This document shows positions 62,466-64,000 of a stretch of DNA of 64,000 bases, piece by piece (positions within the stretch are counted from its first letter, which is position 1; every line of letters starts with the position of its first letter). Position numbers and translations under genes: made by a program. The notes beneath the pieces are model-generated. The model had not been told where the DNA came from and did not search any database. It saw nothing but the letters and a program-made list of their open reading frames with translations. The DNA lies in NCBI GenBank assembly GCA_965198005.1, contig CBDAOI010000004.1, forward strand, positions 672,001 through 736,000, written 5' to 3'. Source of the stretch: Spirochaetia bacterium (GTDB taxonomy: Bacteria > Spirochaetota > Spirochaetia > SZUA-6 > Bin103).

Positions 62466-62635
62466 CCGGCAGCGCCACCGCCGGCGAGCTGTACGCCGAG
62501 CTGCAGCAGCGCCACGGCTTCCCGCTGCCGCCGGCGCGGCTGCGGGTGGCGATCAACGCCGCCTTCGCGGAGTGGGACACCCGGCTGGCGGACGGCGACC
62601 GCGTGGTCTTCATCCCGCCGGTGGCCGGCGGCTGA
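62378..62635 (+). CDS. moaD: Molybdopterin synthase sulfur carrier subunit
   Basis: VHYYALLRDQAG, VAIN, DGDRVVFIPPVAGG. Confidence 0.93.
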   Translation: MRDAAERAVTVHYYALLRDQAGRDQEQVVTGSATAGELYAELQQRHGFPLPPARLRVAINAAFAEWDTRLADGDRVVFIPPVAGG

Positions 62636-62652
62636 GCAGGAGGAACGCGCCA

Positions 62653-63168
62653 ATGGCATCAACCGCATCACCCGCACCGAGGGCACCACCCGCACCACCC
62701 CCGGACGCCCGCTTCGCCCTGACCGACCGGGCCATCGACCCCGAGCCGCTCAAGGCCGGCCTGCGCCAGACCGCGGCCGGCGCGCTGGCCACCTTCGAGG
62801 GGTGGGTGCGCGACCACGCCGACGGCCGCGCCGTGCGCCGGCTGGAATACCAGGTCTACCCGGAGCTGGCGCAGAGCGAGGGCGCACGGGTGGTGGCCGA
62901 AGCGCTTGCCAGGTTCCCGGTGCTGGCCGCACATTGCGTGCATCGTTCCGGTATACTCGGCTTAGGGGATATGGCGGTGTGGGTTGGCGTGGCCGCGGCC
63001 CATCGGGGTGCCGCGTTCGACGCCTGCCGCTATATTATCGACGAGATCAAGCAGCGCCTGCCGATCTGGAAGCGCGAGACCTATGCCGACGGTGACTCGG
63101 GGTGGGTCAACTGCCAGGTGGTCGCGCCGGCGCCGGCTGCAGGAGAGGTGACAGATGGCAGAGAGTAA
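62653..63168 (+). CDS. moaE: Molybdopterin synthase catalytic subunit
   Basis: GALATFEGWVR, LEY..Y, HRSG.L, AHRGAAF.AC, K..LPIWKRE. Confidence 0.94.
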   Translation: MASTASPAPRAPPAPPPDARFALTDRAIDPEPLKAGLRQTAAGALATFEGWVRDHADGRAVRRLEYQVYPELAQSEGARVVAEALARFPVLAAHCVHRSGILGLGDMAVWVGVAAAHRGAAFDACRYIIDEIKQRLPIWKRETYADGDSGWVNCQVVAPAPAAGEVTDGRE

Positions 63169-64000
63169 ACGCAAGGACTACGAAGCGGGCATCAAGTGGT
63201 GGGACATCACCGACCGCGATCATTTTCTCAACCGGCGCGAGTTCATGCGCCGCGCGGGCACCGTAGCCGCCGGCGTCGGACTGGCAACGGCAGCGCCCGG
63301 TTTCGTGCAGCGCGCCTTCGCCCAGACCGGCCGCTTCGCCGGGCTTCCGGGCAGCCGCTACGACACCGACGAAAAACAGAACACGCTGGAGCAGGCGATC
63401 AACCAGAACAACTTCTACGAGATCGGCGTGGCCTCCAACCGCCGGCCCCGGAAGATCGAAGACTTCGCTACGAGCCCGTGGCAGATTTCCGTAGGCGGCC
63501 ATGTGGTCAACTCCGGGGTGCTCGACGTGGAGGACGTGATCCGTACCTACCGCGACCAGCTCGAGCAGCGCATCTACCGCCTGCGCTGCGTCGAGCAGTG
63601 GTCGCTGGTGATCCCCTGGGTCGGGTTCCCGTTGCACGAGCTGATCAAGGACTTCGAGCCCACCTCGCGCGCCAAGTACATCCGCTTCGAGACGTTCTAC
63701 GACCGGCAGCAGATGCCGCGGGCGCTCAACTGGATTTCCTATCCCTACGTCGAGGGCCTGCGCATGGACGAGGCGATGCACGACCTCACGATGGTCACGG
63801 TGGGGATGTACGGCGATATCCTGCAGACGCCCAACGGCCCGCCGATCCGCCTCATCGTGCCGTGGAAGTACGGCTTCAAGAGCATCAAGTCGGTGACCAA
63901 GATCGAGTTCGTGGAGGAGCAACCGGTCAGTACCTGGACTGCGCAGGCGGCGCACGAGTACGGGTTCTACTCGAACGTGAATCCCGAGCGCGACCACCCG
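63155..64000 (+). CDS. msrP: Protein-methionine-sulfoxide reductase catalytic subunit (3' end outside window)
   Basis: Tat motif NRREF; NNFYE, RIYRLRCVE.WS.VIPW.GFPL, PYVEGLRMDEA, PWKYGFKSIKS, EYGFYSNVNP; absent from the ORF track because it has no stop. Confidence 0.92.
   Translation, partial: MAESKRKDYEAGIKWWDITDRDHFLNRREFMRRAGTVAAGVGLATAAPGFVQRAFAQTGRFAGLPGSRYDTDEKQNTLEQAINQNNFYEIGVASNRRPRKIEDFATSPWQISVGGHVVNSGVLDVEDVIRTYRDQLEQRIYRLRCVEQWSLVIPWVGFPLHELIKDFEPTSRAKYIRFETFYDRQQMPRALNWISYPYVEGLRMDEAMHDLTMVTVGMYGDILQTPNGPPIRLIVPWKYGFKSIKSVTKIEFVEEQPVSTWTAQAAHEYGFYSNVNPERDHP

Overview
High-GC bacterial chromosomal window. The left arm carries housekeeping genes (acnA, trmL, cysK, an AAA+/VWA pair). 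The right arm carries aspS, a Dpp/Opp-type ABC operon, an orphan adenine methylase, ribA, a MoxR/DUF58/transglutaminase operon, moeA-moaA-moaC-moaD-moaE and msrP. Between them lies a roughly 28-kb plastic region (about 9.5-37.2 kb). This region holds three paralogous, compositionally foreign family-5 solute-binding-protein (SBP) plus permease cassettes that lack ATPases and share long upstream leaders and downstream palindromic spacers. It also holds a complete group II intron, a 196-nt internally deleted group II intron, and an IS66-like element (20-bp inverted repeats, 8-bp target duplication) carrying a DUF4338/DruA-like gene. Further elements are an Rpn gene bracketed by 26-bp inverted repeats, an ISNCY/IS5-like element, hicAB, and spliced SBP/permease fragments. 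The most notable observations are the mosaic SBP cassettes with a conserved leader peptide and hairpin, the intron remnant sitting in a palindromic repeat, the IS66+DUF4338 unit, the repeat-flanked Rpn with an internal start, and an intact ABC operon whose two ATPases both lack catalytic residues. No CRISPR array, rRNA or tRNA was seen. All family assignments come from motif recognition by eye; no database search was run.
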